A stretch of DNA of 51,435 nt from a virus. Taxonomy: Duplodnaviria > Caudoviricetes. Of this stretch, positions 28,998-37,360 are shown one piece after another (positions within the stretch are counted from its first letter, which is position 1; every line of letters begins with the position of its first letter). The notes below the pieces were generated by a model. The model was not told where the DNA came from. It ran no database searches and was given only the letters and a program-made list of their open reading frames with translations. The DNA lies in IMG/VR virus record IMGVR_UViG_3300030376_006121, positions 1 through 51,435 of that record; one strand, given 5' to 3'. The position numbers and the translations under genes are program-made.

Positions 28998-29263
28998 TGA
29001 GTACCGCTGAAGCTTTAGCGCCATTTCTCGCTGGCCCAGCCAGTGCAGTATTTGTCATGCTTATCCTTCTTCTCGGTCTTTGGAAGCTTACTACTGAAAA
29101 GCTTATCCCTCTTTTGAGTGCTGCTCTTAATCGACACTTAGACTCACTGGATGAGTTGGTGTCCGGTAACAGAGAGGACCACAGGGTTATGGTCGAGTGC
29201 TTACAGAGGATCGAAGTCAAGATTGACTCTGATAAAGAGAGCAAACTGAAGGCAGTACATTGA
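28997..29263 (+). CDS. Putative holin
   Basis: One N-terminal hydrophobic helix plus a charged tail, directly before the putative lysin. Confidence 0.55.
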   Translation: MSTAEALAPFLAGPASAVFVMLILLLGLWKLTTEKLIPLLSAALNRHLDSLDELVSGNREDHRVMVECLQRIEVKIDSDKESKLKAVH

Positions 29264-29868
29264 ATCTTGATCCCGAAAAAATCCTGTCTACGCTGCGCGG
29301 CTTAGGCTACGCTACTTTTGAGAAAGAGGTGGCGTATGATCTCAACCTTTTCGGGATTAGAACGAATAGCATCACAGTAAACGAGTTTAACGACTACGTT
29401 GGTTGCGTATACCGTGATGAAGACATGAACTGGCAATGTGAGATTTGGTCCGCTACCACAGATCCGGGGCTTTACTGGTTACAAAACCCAAGTAAGCTTG
29501 ACGGTACCGCTGTTTTAGTCCCAGGCCAATACCGGGGAGTCTACAAGAAGGACTACCATAGCGGTAAGTATCTGGCTCTCTGTCAACGAAACGGACCAGT
29601 AAAAGTCTGGCGTGACGGAGACAAAGATAGTAAAATCGAAACAGGTGGAAAAATCTACGAGGGAATGTTCGGTATCAACATTCACCACGCCAGCTACACC
29701 GGCACCAGTACCCAGGTAAACAAGTGGAGTGCCGGCTGTCAGGTTATAGCTAACATTGACGACTTTAACCGAATGATGCACTTGGCTAACAAGCAGTTAG
29801 AGCATCACCCTACCTGGGTTAAGTTCACGTACACTCTGATTACTGAAGACGATTTAGGGGGGTTGTAG
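29260..29868 (+). CDS. Putative endolysin, L,D-transpeptidase (YkuD)-like
   Basis: GINIH...WSAGCQV resembles the YkuD His...S.GC catalytic motif; TTDPG and PGQY motifs. Confidence 0.6.
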   Translation: MNLDPEKILSTLRGLGYATFEKEVAYDLNLFGIRTNSITVNEFNDYVGCVYRDEDMNWQCEIWSATTDPGLYWLQNPSKLDGTAVLVPGQYRGVYKKDYHSGKYLALCQRNGPVKVWRDGDKDSKIETGGKIYEGMFGINIHHASYTGTSTQVNKWSAGCQVIANIDDFNRMMHLANKQLEHHPTWVKFTYTLITEDDLGGL

Positions 29869-30176
29869 TGCCTGTCAAGAAAAAGACCACTACTAAAAAG
29901 CGTACTCCGGCTAAGGGTAAACGCTTCTCTAAAACAGTTAAAAGTAAGAAGACTGGAAGAACCAAAAAGGTATCATTCGGGCAAGCGGGAAAAGCCAAAG
30001 ATGGCAAAGACCGTATTCGTCCTGGGACCAAGAAAGGCGATAGCTACTGCGCTCGTAGTCTCGGGATTAAAAAGCGCGTGTCTAAGAAGGCAGCGAATAA
30101 CCCTAATTCCCCCAATAACTTAAGCCGTAAGAAGTGGAAGTGTAAAGGGGCTAAGTCTATGAGAGGAAAGAAGTAA
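29868..30176 (+). CDS. Lys-rich small protein
   Basis: VSFG...SYCARS.G...SRKKW.C motif, seen in small basic phage proteins. Confidence 0.7.
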   Translation: MPVKKKTTTKKRTPAKGKRFSKTVKSKKTGRTKKVSFGQAGKAKDGKDRIRPGTKKGDSYCARSLGIKKRVSKKAANNPNSPNNLSRKKWKCKGAKSMRGKK

Positions 30177-30310
30177 TGCCTGGATACGGAACCAAGTCTG
30201 GCAAGAAAAACATGATGAATATGTCCATGGACAAGGCTAAGATGGAAGCCTACAAGCGGGCTAAGAGCAAGATGGCTAAGAAGAAGCCAGCTAAAAAGAA
30301 GAAGAAGTAA
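30176..30310 (+). CDS. 44-aa Lys/Met-rich protein (absent from ORF track)
   Basis: MPGYGTKSGKKNMMNMSMDKAKMEAYKRAKSKMAKKKPAKKKKK; TAATG overlaps at both ends. Confidence 0.75.
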   Translation: MPGYGTKSGKKNMMNMSMDKAKMEAYKRAKSKMAKKKPAKKKKK

Positions 30311-30663
30311 TGCCTAAAGATTCCTGCTATAAGAAAGCTAAAGCGTCATACAAGAAGTTTCCGTCTGCTCGGGCTTCTCAAGCTATAGCTAAATGTAGGA
30401 AGAAAAAAGGCACTGTTAAAAAAACCACCAAAGGCAAGTCGCTTAAGCGGTGGCAGAAAGAGAAATGGAAAGACGTAAAGACTGGTAAGGCTTGCGGAGC
30501 TAAAAGTAAAGGTAAACAGTACTGCCGACCCACTAAAAAGGTGTCCAGTAAAACCCCCAAAACCGCAAAACAATTGTCCGCAAGCCAGAAAAGAAAAGCA
30601 TTAGCAGCTAAGAAATCAGGAAGACGCGCACCCACAATGCGCAAAAAAAGAACTAAGAAATAA
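30310..30663 (+). CDS. Lys-rich small protein
   Basis: LKRW.KEKW.DV..GK.CG...YCRP.K.VS.KTPKT motif. Confidence 0.7.
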   Translation: MPKDSCYKKAKASYKKFPSARASQAIAKCRKKKGTVKKTTKGKSLKRWQKEKWKDVKTGKACGAKSKGKQYCRPTKKVSSKTPKTAKQLSASQKRKALAAKKSGRRAPTMRKKRTKK

Positions 30664-30721
30664 CTCCGTCCTATAAGGGCGACTCCACAACCCCACTCAT
30701 GTTTATAAAAAGGAGCTTCCC

Positions 30722-31585
30722 ATGAGTAAGCCGATTCGTCAGAGAATGATCCAGCCCGCCAGAGATCGGGCCTACGCTACCGCACACATGTGCAAGGCTA
30801 CTGCTGCTGTTACCGCTGACCAGATTGTCGCGGTTACTGGTAGCACTAAGGCACTCAAAGAGGTGCAGCCTGCCGACGCTAACGGTGGACGTTTACTTAA
30901 CCGTTCCAGCCTTCTAATCGCAGACTACGCTGTCGGTCTTAACGAGACTGCTCGTGGCTTTGTTGAGTGGAAGATGCTTCAGGACGTTAACACTGCTGGC
31001 TCTAACCCCGGCGATTACGTTTTTCTTTCTGACACTGCCGGTGGTTGGTCGCTCTCGCCGGGTACTGTTCCAGTGGTCGTCGGTATGGTTACCACTTCTC
31101 ACGCTACTACTGGCGCTGTTCTGCTTGATCCTAAGCGATTCATGCAAGCTGCTGCCGGGGCAGGTGGTGGTCCGCTGCTCTTTAAGAAGCGTATCCAGAC
31201 GGCTGATATTGAGGTAGGACTTACCACTAAAGACATTACCGTTATGGCCGTGCCTGCTGGTAGCCTTGTCCTCAGTGCCTACATTGAGGTTGTTACAGTT
31301 TTCGATAACGGAACCGGCGATGTCGGAGTCGATATCGGATTTGGCAGTGGTGGCGCAGAGTTGTTTGTCAAAGCTGCGAACAACGTAAGTTCTGGTACTG
31401 GACTCAAGGCAGGAGCCAGTGTCGCTGCTCAGGCAGGGGCCAGCGTTGTTCCCGGTTCTGGCAGTGTTAACATCGTTGCGCGGTTTACTTCCTCTGCGGG
31501 TAACTTAAACGCCTCTGTTACTACTGCTGGCGACATGTATGTTTACCTGTTGGTTGCCAGGGCTGATCACGCTATCACTGTTTAG
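30722..31585 (+). CDS. Putative capsid decoration/fibre protein
   Basis: AAGGAG RBS; cement-like N-domain (PGD.VFLS.TAG) plus beta-sandwich C-domain; capsid-like codon usage. Confidence 0.55.
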   Translation: MSKPIRQRMIQPARDRAYATAHMCKATAAVTADQIVAVTGSTKALKEVQPADANGGRLLNRSSLLIADYAVGLNETARGFVEWKMLQDVNTAGSNPGDYVFLSDTAGGWSLSPGTVPVVVGMVTTSHATTGAVLLDPKRFMQAAAGAGGGPLLFKKRIQTADIEVGLTTKDITVMAVPAGSLVLSAYIEVVTVFDNGTGDVGVDIGFGSGGAELFVKAANNVSSGTGLKAGASVAAQAGASVVPGSGSVNIVARFTSSAGNLNASVTTAGDMYVYLLVARADHAITV

Positions 31586-31594
31586 GAGTGAGTA

Positions 31595-31822
31595 ATGTCT
31601 GTTGATGATGCAGAGTTAGCAGAGATTCTTCCTTTAGCTCGTGAAGCCTTCTCTGAGTTTAGAGAGTGCTTCCAGGCAGTTAGAGGTAGTCTTCGCTTCA
31701 GCTCTGATGAGGGCAGAAAGATTACTAAGGAGGAACTTAAAGAGATTCTTCCTGAGCTACAGGATGCTATTGTTTCCTTAGCCAATCTGTACGCAAAAAT
31801 AAAGGAAGCTTCCGACGATTAG
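31595..31822 (+). CDS. Hypothetical protein
   Basis: AGGAG RBS; last + strand gene. Confidence 0.65.
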   Translation: MSVDDAELAEILPLAREAFSEFRECFQAVRGSLRFSSDEGRKITKEELKEILPELQDAIVSLANLYAKIKEASDD

Positions 31823-31843
31823 AAGCTTCCTCTTGAGTACACT

Positions 31844-31875
31844 AACCCCTGCTATTTAGCGGGGGTTTTTTATTT
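31844..31875 (+). terminator. Intrinsic terminator at the convergence of both arms
   Basis: AACCCCTGCT/AGCGGGGGTT stem followed by a T-run. Confidence 0.8.
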
Positions 31876-31878
31876 CTA

Positions 31879-32859
31879 CTATTCTTCCGACTCAAACAAG
31901 TCGTCAGTACGAACGTATGTAACGTTCTTATAAGGTCTTGCTGCTGGCTTTACCGTACTCTGAATGACGATTCTGGCAGCGCAACTCTCAGACCACAGCT
32001 TCAGTGTCTCTCTGAGGTTCTTACCGTCCCAGCCTCTATCCTCCAGAACCAGAATACTATCCATGGTATCTTGACAGCCTAAAGCCAGAGAGCCGATAAC
32101 TCTTGTCTCCTCTGACTTACTCAGTGCGTAGCAGTCTATTCCGTTCTTCTGCAAGAAGAATATACCATCTTCTTCGTTCCACCGGATTATCTGTCGGTTA
32201 GGCATGAAGTTATTAGCCGCACTCAGAAGCATAGGCATACTGTCGTTAACTTCACCTCTGAGCTTATCCAGCTTCTCAGCCAGCAGATCTTTGAACTGGT
32301 CTATCTGCTTAGAGCTTAGAGCGTACGTAGTCTCAATCTGGTTTAGCCGTGAAGTGCTATCCCCCTTAGAGGTGAGGCTTTCAACGAACCGCTTGCAGGA
32401 TTTAACGTATGCGGCTGTTTCCTTGTTAGCTTTAGTGGACAGATAAAGCTGCTCCTTTACCGCTATATACTCCATGAGGCTATCGCATTCCAGTATCTCA
32501 CCCAAGTAGCTGTAGAGCGTGCCAGGATTACCAGCCAGAGCTTTACGCCAAGGACGGATACGCTCCACATAATTTCTGGGGGACTTGCGCTTTTGATCTA
32601 TCTTCCACTCCCACCACTCACCGGAGAAAGTGTCAGTAACCTTGGAGTAGCACACGTCATCTCTGCCCATGTACTTAAGCAGCCGTCCCGCCTTTACCTT
32701 CTCCCGCCAGTAGAGATCGTAGGATTCTCCGACAAGAGCCAAGCACAGAGCATCGCTAATAGTAGATTTACCGGAGCCATTAGGTCCGATAAGCACAGCG
32801 ATTCTCTGTAGCTCGATAGTGGCTTTTCTGCCTTTCATGTTAAACTGTAGTCTTAGCAT
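31879..32859 (-). CDS. ABC/SMC-Rad50-like ATPase (short)
   Basis: Walker A GPNGSGKST, short coiled coil, degenerate signature LSKSE and Walker B ILVLED; TAATG overlap sets the start. Confidence 0.7.
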   Translation of the reverse strand: MLRLQFNMKGRKATIELQRIAVLIGPNGSGKSTISDALCLALVGESYDLYWREKVKAGRLLKYMGRDDVCYSKVTDTFSGEWWEWKIDQKRKSPRNYVERIRPWRKALAGNPGTLYSYLGEILECDSLMEYIAVKEQLYLSTKANKETAAYVKSCKRFVESLTSKGDSTSRLNQIETTYALSSKQIDQFKDLLAEKLDKLRGEVNDSMPMLLSAANNFMPNRQIIRWNEEDGIFFLQKNGIDCYALSKSEETRVIGSLALGCQDTMDSILVLEDRGWDGKNLRETLKLWSESCAARIVIQSTVKPAARPYKNVTYVRTDDLFESEE

Positions 32860-33182
32860 TACTTTGCCCACTGGATAAAGGTTGCGAGTCCCTTGAATCT
32901 GCCTCTGAGGTTTTTGTCAAATGGACTGTTTACGTTGCTGGTCTTCAGTGTGTCAGTCAGCTCAAAGAACGCCCAATCAAAGACGGTTTCGTTGGTATCG
33001 TCAATCAGCCTATTGTTTAGTATCTGATAGATGTTGCGCTCTCCTGCATGAAAGACGATACACTTTCTCGCTGTGGTACTGGAGTACAGGTTATCCAGTT
33101 GGCCCTGGTAAAACCTAATCTCTGAGCCCAAAGCGTCTTTTTGATCACTTAACCATCTCTGCATTTCTTTCTTAGTCTTCAT
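32859..33182 (-). CDS. Hypothetical protein
   Basis: TAATG-coupled to the polymerase and ATPase genes. Confidence 0.65.
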   Translation of the reverse strand: MKTKKEMQRWLSDQKDALGSEIRFYQGQLDNLYSSTTARKCIVFHAGERNIYQILNNRLIDDTNETVFDWAFFELTDTLKTSNVNSPFDKNLRGRFKGLATFIQWAK

Positions 33183-35662
33183 TACTCTACCTCCTTCCAC
33201 GTTTTACCGGCATCAGCACCGGCTGTATAGTCCAGTTTTGGGTTGTTACGTCGTCGTCTGTTCATCGCTACCAGCATTCTCCTTAGCCAGTAGTCTTGCT
33301 TGTTCTCAGGTACGGAAATGATTAACTGGTCGTGGCACTGTAGCACTATGCGTCCGCCGTCAGCGTATAAGCCTCTGCCCTTGTTATCGGGGAGAATAGA
33401 AGTGGTACAAAACCAATCTAACTCATGCCCCAGAATAAGATGGATCATAGCTTCGTGGACAATGGCAGCGCCTCCAGCTTGTATAGGATGATTCACTATC
33501 TTGTTAGCTTCTGCCCATGGAGCCATGTAACGGCGTCTACCCCATAGAGTATCAGCAGAGTATCCATTGATAGCGAATAGGTCTAACTGTTCATCCCACC
33601 ACTCTGGTATCTCTGGGTCCGCCTTCTCAAGAGCCTTCATTAGCTCTCGGATTCTACGACGGCTAAGACCGGCAAAGGGAAAGATAGAGTTACCATCCTT
33701 GTCCTTGTCTTCGATATCCCAGATAGTGCGGCCCACGGTATTTAGGCCAGCAGCGTACTGCCAGGAGTAGCGGGTAATCTTCATAAGCTGCCGCATACTA
33801 AAGAACTTACCAGAGCCCTTATCCGTGCGGTTCTTGGGCGCTCCGTCATACTGCCAGATACCTTTACCGAACGCCACGTCCATAGTCTCGTTATGGGGGC
33901 AGAGTCCCCGGTTAATAGCCTCAAGCAGATTCTTAGCGTTGGATTCCTCTGCGATACCTCTAAGCTCTAACTGGTCTGAGTCCGCGCCAATAAGTACGTG
34001 TCCAGGGTCCGCTGTTACCAGCTTACGTAAGAACTTCATCCAGTTCTGGACGTTGGGGTCAGAGGAAGAATACCGGCCAGTAGCGGGCAGGCGGCTGAAC
34101 CGGCTATGGAGTTTACCATCTCTTGCCGCAAGAATACCGATGGGCTTAAGGTACGTACTCACAATCTTCTTGGTCTTCTTGTACCGGCGAAGGACGTTCA
34201 CATACTCAAGCTGATTAGGGTTAAGAACTTTCTTCTTTAGGAAACCCTTAACGGCTTCCGCTGATGTGGAGGGTAAACCAGTCTTGTCGCTGTAGACCTC
34301 TGGGTATAAGTCCCACACGTCATAGAACAACTTCCGTAACTGGACAGGGGAGTTAGGATTTACCGGCTGTAGCTGCTGAAGCTTCTCAGCGTCAACCGTT
34401 AAAGATGCGGAGTATTCCTGAGTCATCTTAGCCAGAGCATCAAAGTCGATACGCTGACCACCGCGTTGCATCTCTGTACCTATCTTCTGTACCCATCTTT
34501 CTTTAGGGATAATAGAAGAACACTTAATAAGATTAATACGACGATTAATGATGGGAACAATCCGAGCATTCTTAATACAGTCCTTGCCGCAGTAAGTCAT
34601 TAGTTTGAGGAGGTTCTGAGCGTTAACAGCGGTATGGTCTTCTTTCCACGGCTCTACGTCATCAGTTAAAGATGAGACACAGGTACCCAATCCATGCCTC
34701 TGTCCGGTGTGGCTAATGTTGTGCTCTACCATTGAGTCTGAGTATAGCTCCGGGATGAACCCGTAGTTACTCTCTATGGCAAGCTCATCATACTGTCCGG
34801 CGTTATGTCCGTACAGCTTGATACCCTTAGCCGCTATTCTGTCTTTGAGTATGTACTTTAGAGCGTCAGGCAAAGCAGCCATCTCAGCGTCAGATAGAGC
34901 AGTGTCCCCATTCATATCGTGAATGGCTAAGACGTGGCAGGTAGTCTCGTTACCGTAGCCGATACAGCGCATAGTACAATCAAGCGGGTCTATAGCGTCT
35001 GTCTCTACATCGTAGACAATAGGGCCAATAGGCAAAGACTCTACAGCGGTTACCCAATCTTGTAAGCTGAAGTGGTTTTGGATATCCATACCAGCCCAAG
35101 ATAAAGTGTCATTGAAGTACCGATAAGCCTTGTTGATATCCCATACAGGCACATCGAGAGTATTAACACTGCGGGCTAACTTACGTGGGTCATTCATATA
35201 GAAGACCTTGGTAGGCTTACCTGCAATGTCTAACACTTCTCCTGCTCCTCTAACGTCAGATATGTTAGTGGGCCTACCTCTGATAGCTCTGGCTGCTTCT
35301 GCGCCTAAGCAAACAACGTAGTCGTACTGTGAGACTTCGTAAAGAAATCGAGGCTGGCAGTTCTCTAAGCAGCTCTTTAAGTCCTTCTGTCCTTCTTTGT
35401 ACGTCCACAGGTTTAGATTGTCACCGGGAAGGGAGCAGGAGATAACCGGGACTCTTACCACATCGTCATACGTAAAAGGCGACTTGTTGATTAGAGTGTT
35501 GAGGCAGATACCAGCAGTGGAGTCAGAGAAAACAGAGCCAGCTTCAGAGTCTTTCTGCGAGGGGTAAGAGACTACAAAAGCGTACTTAGCCTTTTTAGGT
35601 ATGTACGTTTTGATAGGCTTGGTCATAGCTCTAAGGCCACAGCTACGGCAGTCAGCTTTCAT
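33182..35662 (-). CDS. polA: Family A DNA polymerase with N-terminal UDG-like (family 4) and 3'-5' exonuclease domains
   Basis: CRSC N-terminus, exonuclease YDVET and GHN..YD, TGRYSSSDPN.QN, motif A DSDQLELR, motif B R...K...Y...Y, motif C HD. Confidence 0.9.
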   Translation of the reverse strand: MKADCRSCGLRAMTKPIKTYIPKKAKYAFVVSYPSQKDSEAGSVFSDSTAGICLNTLINKSPFTYDDVVRVPVISCSLPGDNLNLWTYKEGQKDLKSCLENCQPRFLYEVSQYDYVVCLGAEAARAIRGRPTNISDVRGAGEVLDIAGKPTKVFYMNDPRKLARSVNTLDVPVWDINKAYRYFNDTLSWAGMDIQNHFSLQDWVTAVESLPIGPIVYDVETDAIDPLDCTMRCIGYGNETTCHVLAIHDMNGDTALSDAEMAALPDALKYILKDRIAAKGIKLYGHNAGQYDELAIESNYGFIPELYSDSMVEHNISHTGQRHGLGTCVSSLTDDVEPWKEDHTAVNAQNLLKLMTYCGKDCIKNARIVPIINRRINLIKCSSIIPKERWVQKIGTEMQRGGQRIDFDALAKMTQEYSASLTVDAEKLQQLQPVNPNSPVQLRKLFYDVWDLYPEVYSDKTGLPSTSAEAVKGFLKKKVLNPNQLEYVNVLRRYKKTKKIVSTYLKPIGILAARDGKLHSRFSRLPATGRYSSSDPNVQNWMKFLRKLVTADPGHVLIGADSDQLELRGIAEESNAKNLLEAINRGLCPHNETMDVAFGKGIWQYDGAPKNRTDKGSGKFFSMRQLMKITRYSWQYAAGLNTVGRTIWDIEDKDKDGNSIFPFAGLSRRRIRELMKALEKADPEIPEWWDEQLDLFAINGYSADTLWGRRRYMAPWAEANKIVNHPIQAGGAAIVHEAMIHLILGHELDWFCTTSILPDNKGRGLYADGGRIVLQCHDQLIISVPENKQDYWLRRMLVAMNRRRRNNPKLDYTAGADAGKTWKEVE

Positions 35663-35707
35663 CGTAGTCCTCTTTCATCTTCCAGATTATCAAGATTATT
35701 AAACATG

Positions 35708-35748
35708 AAACAAAATCAGGGTCTTGGTAGATATCCACCAAAACCCTG
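35708..35748 (-). terminator. Terminator-like hairpin upstream of polA
   Basis: CAGGGTTTTGGT/ACCAAGACCCTG stem followed by ATTTTGTTT on the - strand. Confidence 0.5.
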
Positions 35749-35785
35749 TATAGGGCGCTACTACGTGTACGCGCCTTACCCTCTT

Positions 35786-36061
35786 TCACCTGTGCAGATC
35801 CCTACTGTACTGAGCCGCTATCTTATCGTCTGTAATGTCTATGCTCTCCATCTTAGAGAAGCAAACATAGATTTGGGCGGCCAGTAGGAAGTCTTTAGTG
35901 GCTTCTGAGCCATCGTCCAACTGGCGAAGCTTCAGCGTGCTCGCCTCTAAAAGCTCCAGTTCCTCTGTGGTTAGACGATTTATCCAATAGATGAATCTGC
36001 TAAGGTACTCTAAGGTGATTGCTGTTTTCTGTTCTGGCGTTCTTGGATCTTTCACTTCCAT
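35786..36061 (-). CDS. Hypothetical protein
   Basis: AAGGAG RBS; 91 aa. Confidence 0.65.
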   Translation of the reverse strand: MEVKDPRTPEQKTAITLEYLSRFIYWINRLTTEELELLEASTLKLRQLDDGSEATKDFLLAAQIYVCFSKMESIDITDDKIAAQYSRDLHR

Positions 36062-36086
36062 GTCTGATTTACTCCTTTTGTCGGGA

Positions 36087-36170
36087 TACCGGAAGCGGGA
36101 ATCGAACCCGCATGACCATAAGGCCGAGAGATTTTAAGTCTCTTGTGTCTACCTATTCCACCATTCCGGC
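36087..36170 (-). tRNA. tRNA-Leu(TAA)
   Basis: Cloverleaf with long variable arm; AGAGA-CTTAAAA-TCTCT anticodon arm; GGTTCGATTCC T-arm. Confidence 0.93.
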
Positions 36171-36176
36171 TGGTAG

Positions 36177-36250
36177 TAGGCTCTCTGGGACTTGAACCCA
36201 GGACCAACCCGTTATGAGCGGGGTGCTCTAACCAACTGAGCTAAGAGCCT
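36177..36250 (-). tRNA. tRNA with CAT anticodon, probably Ile2 (lysidine, reads ATA)
   Basis: CTCATAA loop; body resembles ileX-type tRNAs; elongator Met is not excluded. Confidence 0.85.
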
Positions 36251-36256
36251 ATAAGA

Positions 36257-36333
36257 TGGTACGCCCTATAGGATTCGAACCTATGACCCTCGGCTTAGAA
36301 GGCCGATGCTCTATCCAACTGAGCTAAGGGCGC
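36257..36333 (-). tRNA. tRNA-Arg(TCT)
   Basis: TCGGC-CTTCTAA-GCCGA anticodon arm; encoded CCA end. Confidence 0.95.
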
Positions 36334-36340
36334 AAAACGC

Positions 36341-36401
36341 CACAGTTTACAGAGTGTCCCGTTTTTCTATCTTCTCATGCCCTAACACTCTGTAAACTGT
36401 G
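36341..36401. repeat. Perfect 17-bp inverted repeat with 27-nt loop
   Basis: CACAGTTTACAGAGTGT / ACACTCTGTAAACTGTG. Confidence 0.9.
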
Positions 36402-36409
36402 ACTGTTAG

Positions 36410-36793
36410 TTAATAGTCCAGCGATACGATTAGAGTACCGAATCGGTTAGCCTTGATACCCCAGGAGCCGAGGTAAGCTACGGCAGTTTCAGCTTGGTAA
36501 ATGTTGGGGAACTTCCAGCCCTTACCAGCTTTAGGGTTAGTCGGCCTATCCAGCACTCCTCCGAACTCTCTAAGTGTTGCGGGAACCTTAGCGAACTTTG
36601 ATCTACTGAACACGTACCGGTAAAGCCACTCATAGGTAAGCTCGTACTCATCTCCTGCATTCGTAAGCACGCCTTCTTCTACTGCTCTAAGGCAACTGTT
36701 GTGCATTGTTCTTAGGTACTTCGGCTTCGAGAGTTCGAGCATCCACTCAATAACTCTGATTTTTGATACGGTTAAAGTTTTCTCTTTGCCCAT
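36410..36793 (-). CDS. Hypothetical protein
   Basis: 127 aa, AAGGA RBS. Confidence 0.65.
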   Translation of the reverse strand: MGKEKTLTVSKIRVIEWMLELSKPKYLRTMHNSCLRAVEEGVLTNAGDEYELTYEWLYRYVFSRSKFAKVPATLREFGGVLDRPTNPKAGKGWKFPNIYQAETAVAYLGSWGIKANRFGTLIVSLDY

Positions 36794-36798
36794 GTTGT

Positions 36799-37191
36799 CT
36801 ATCCTTTTGTGAAGTTAAATGTTCTGTTGATGTGAGTTAGTAAGTTTAGTAGTGTTCTTGGGCCTCCGAGTCTTGGGGTATGTGTGTTGTAGGCTTTAGT
36901 TCCGAAAAAGGGACTGTTGTTTATCCAGTAGTAAAACCCGGCATACTGCTGTAACTCACTAAAAGTTGTATACTTTATCAGGTTCCAGGGGATAAGTAGT
37001 ATGTAAGTGTCAGCATCTTTAATCAGTATGATGCTTTCGTAAGAGAGAGTTTTGCCTGTCAGGTTAGTTAGCCGATGATGCTTGAGGAAATCTGGTTTCC
37101 ACGGCTCACCTATAGCCAGAATCATTTCCCCTACTTGGGTTATAGTGTCCGCATCTTTAGTCTGGATTAGTTCTATTAGTTTATCTTGCAT
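36799..37191 (-). CDS. Hypothetical protein
   Basis: 130 aa, AT-rich. Confidence 0.6.
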   Translation of the reverse strand: MQDKLIELIQTKDADTITQVGEMILAIGEPWKPDFLKHHRLTNLTGKTLSYESIILIKDADTYILLIPWNLIKYTTFSELQQYAGFYYWINNSPFFGTKAYNTHTPRLGGPRTLLNLLTHINRTFNFTKG

Positions 37192-37210
37192 TTTGTATTC
37201 TCTTATTTAA

Positions 37211-37283
37211 TGGGACCACAGGGACTCGAACCCTGGACCGTTGGCTTAAAAGGCCACTGCTCTACCAACTGAGCTATAGTCCC
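37211..37283 (-). tRNA. tRNA-Lys(TTT)
   Basis: TGGC-CTTTTAA-GCCA anticodon arm; canonical D and T arms. Confidence 0.93.
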
Positions 37284-37360
37284 TAAAAAGCCCCCGACAA
37301 CTATGTAAATTTCAGCTCCAAAACTTACGCGCTGTCGGGGGTAGTTTCCACTATGGAAAC

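Noticed and set aside
35659-35706. 15-aa mini-ORF overlapping the polA start
   Set aside because: No clear RBS, and polA has its own GAGG; could be chance.
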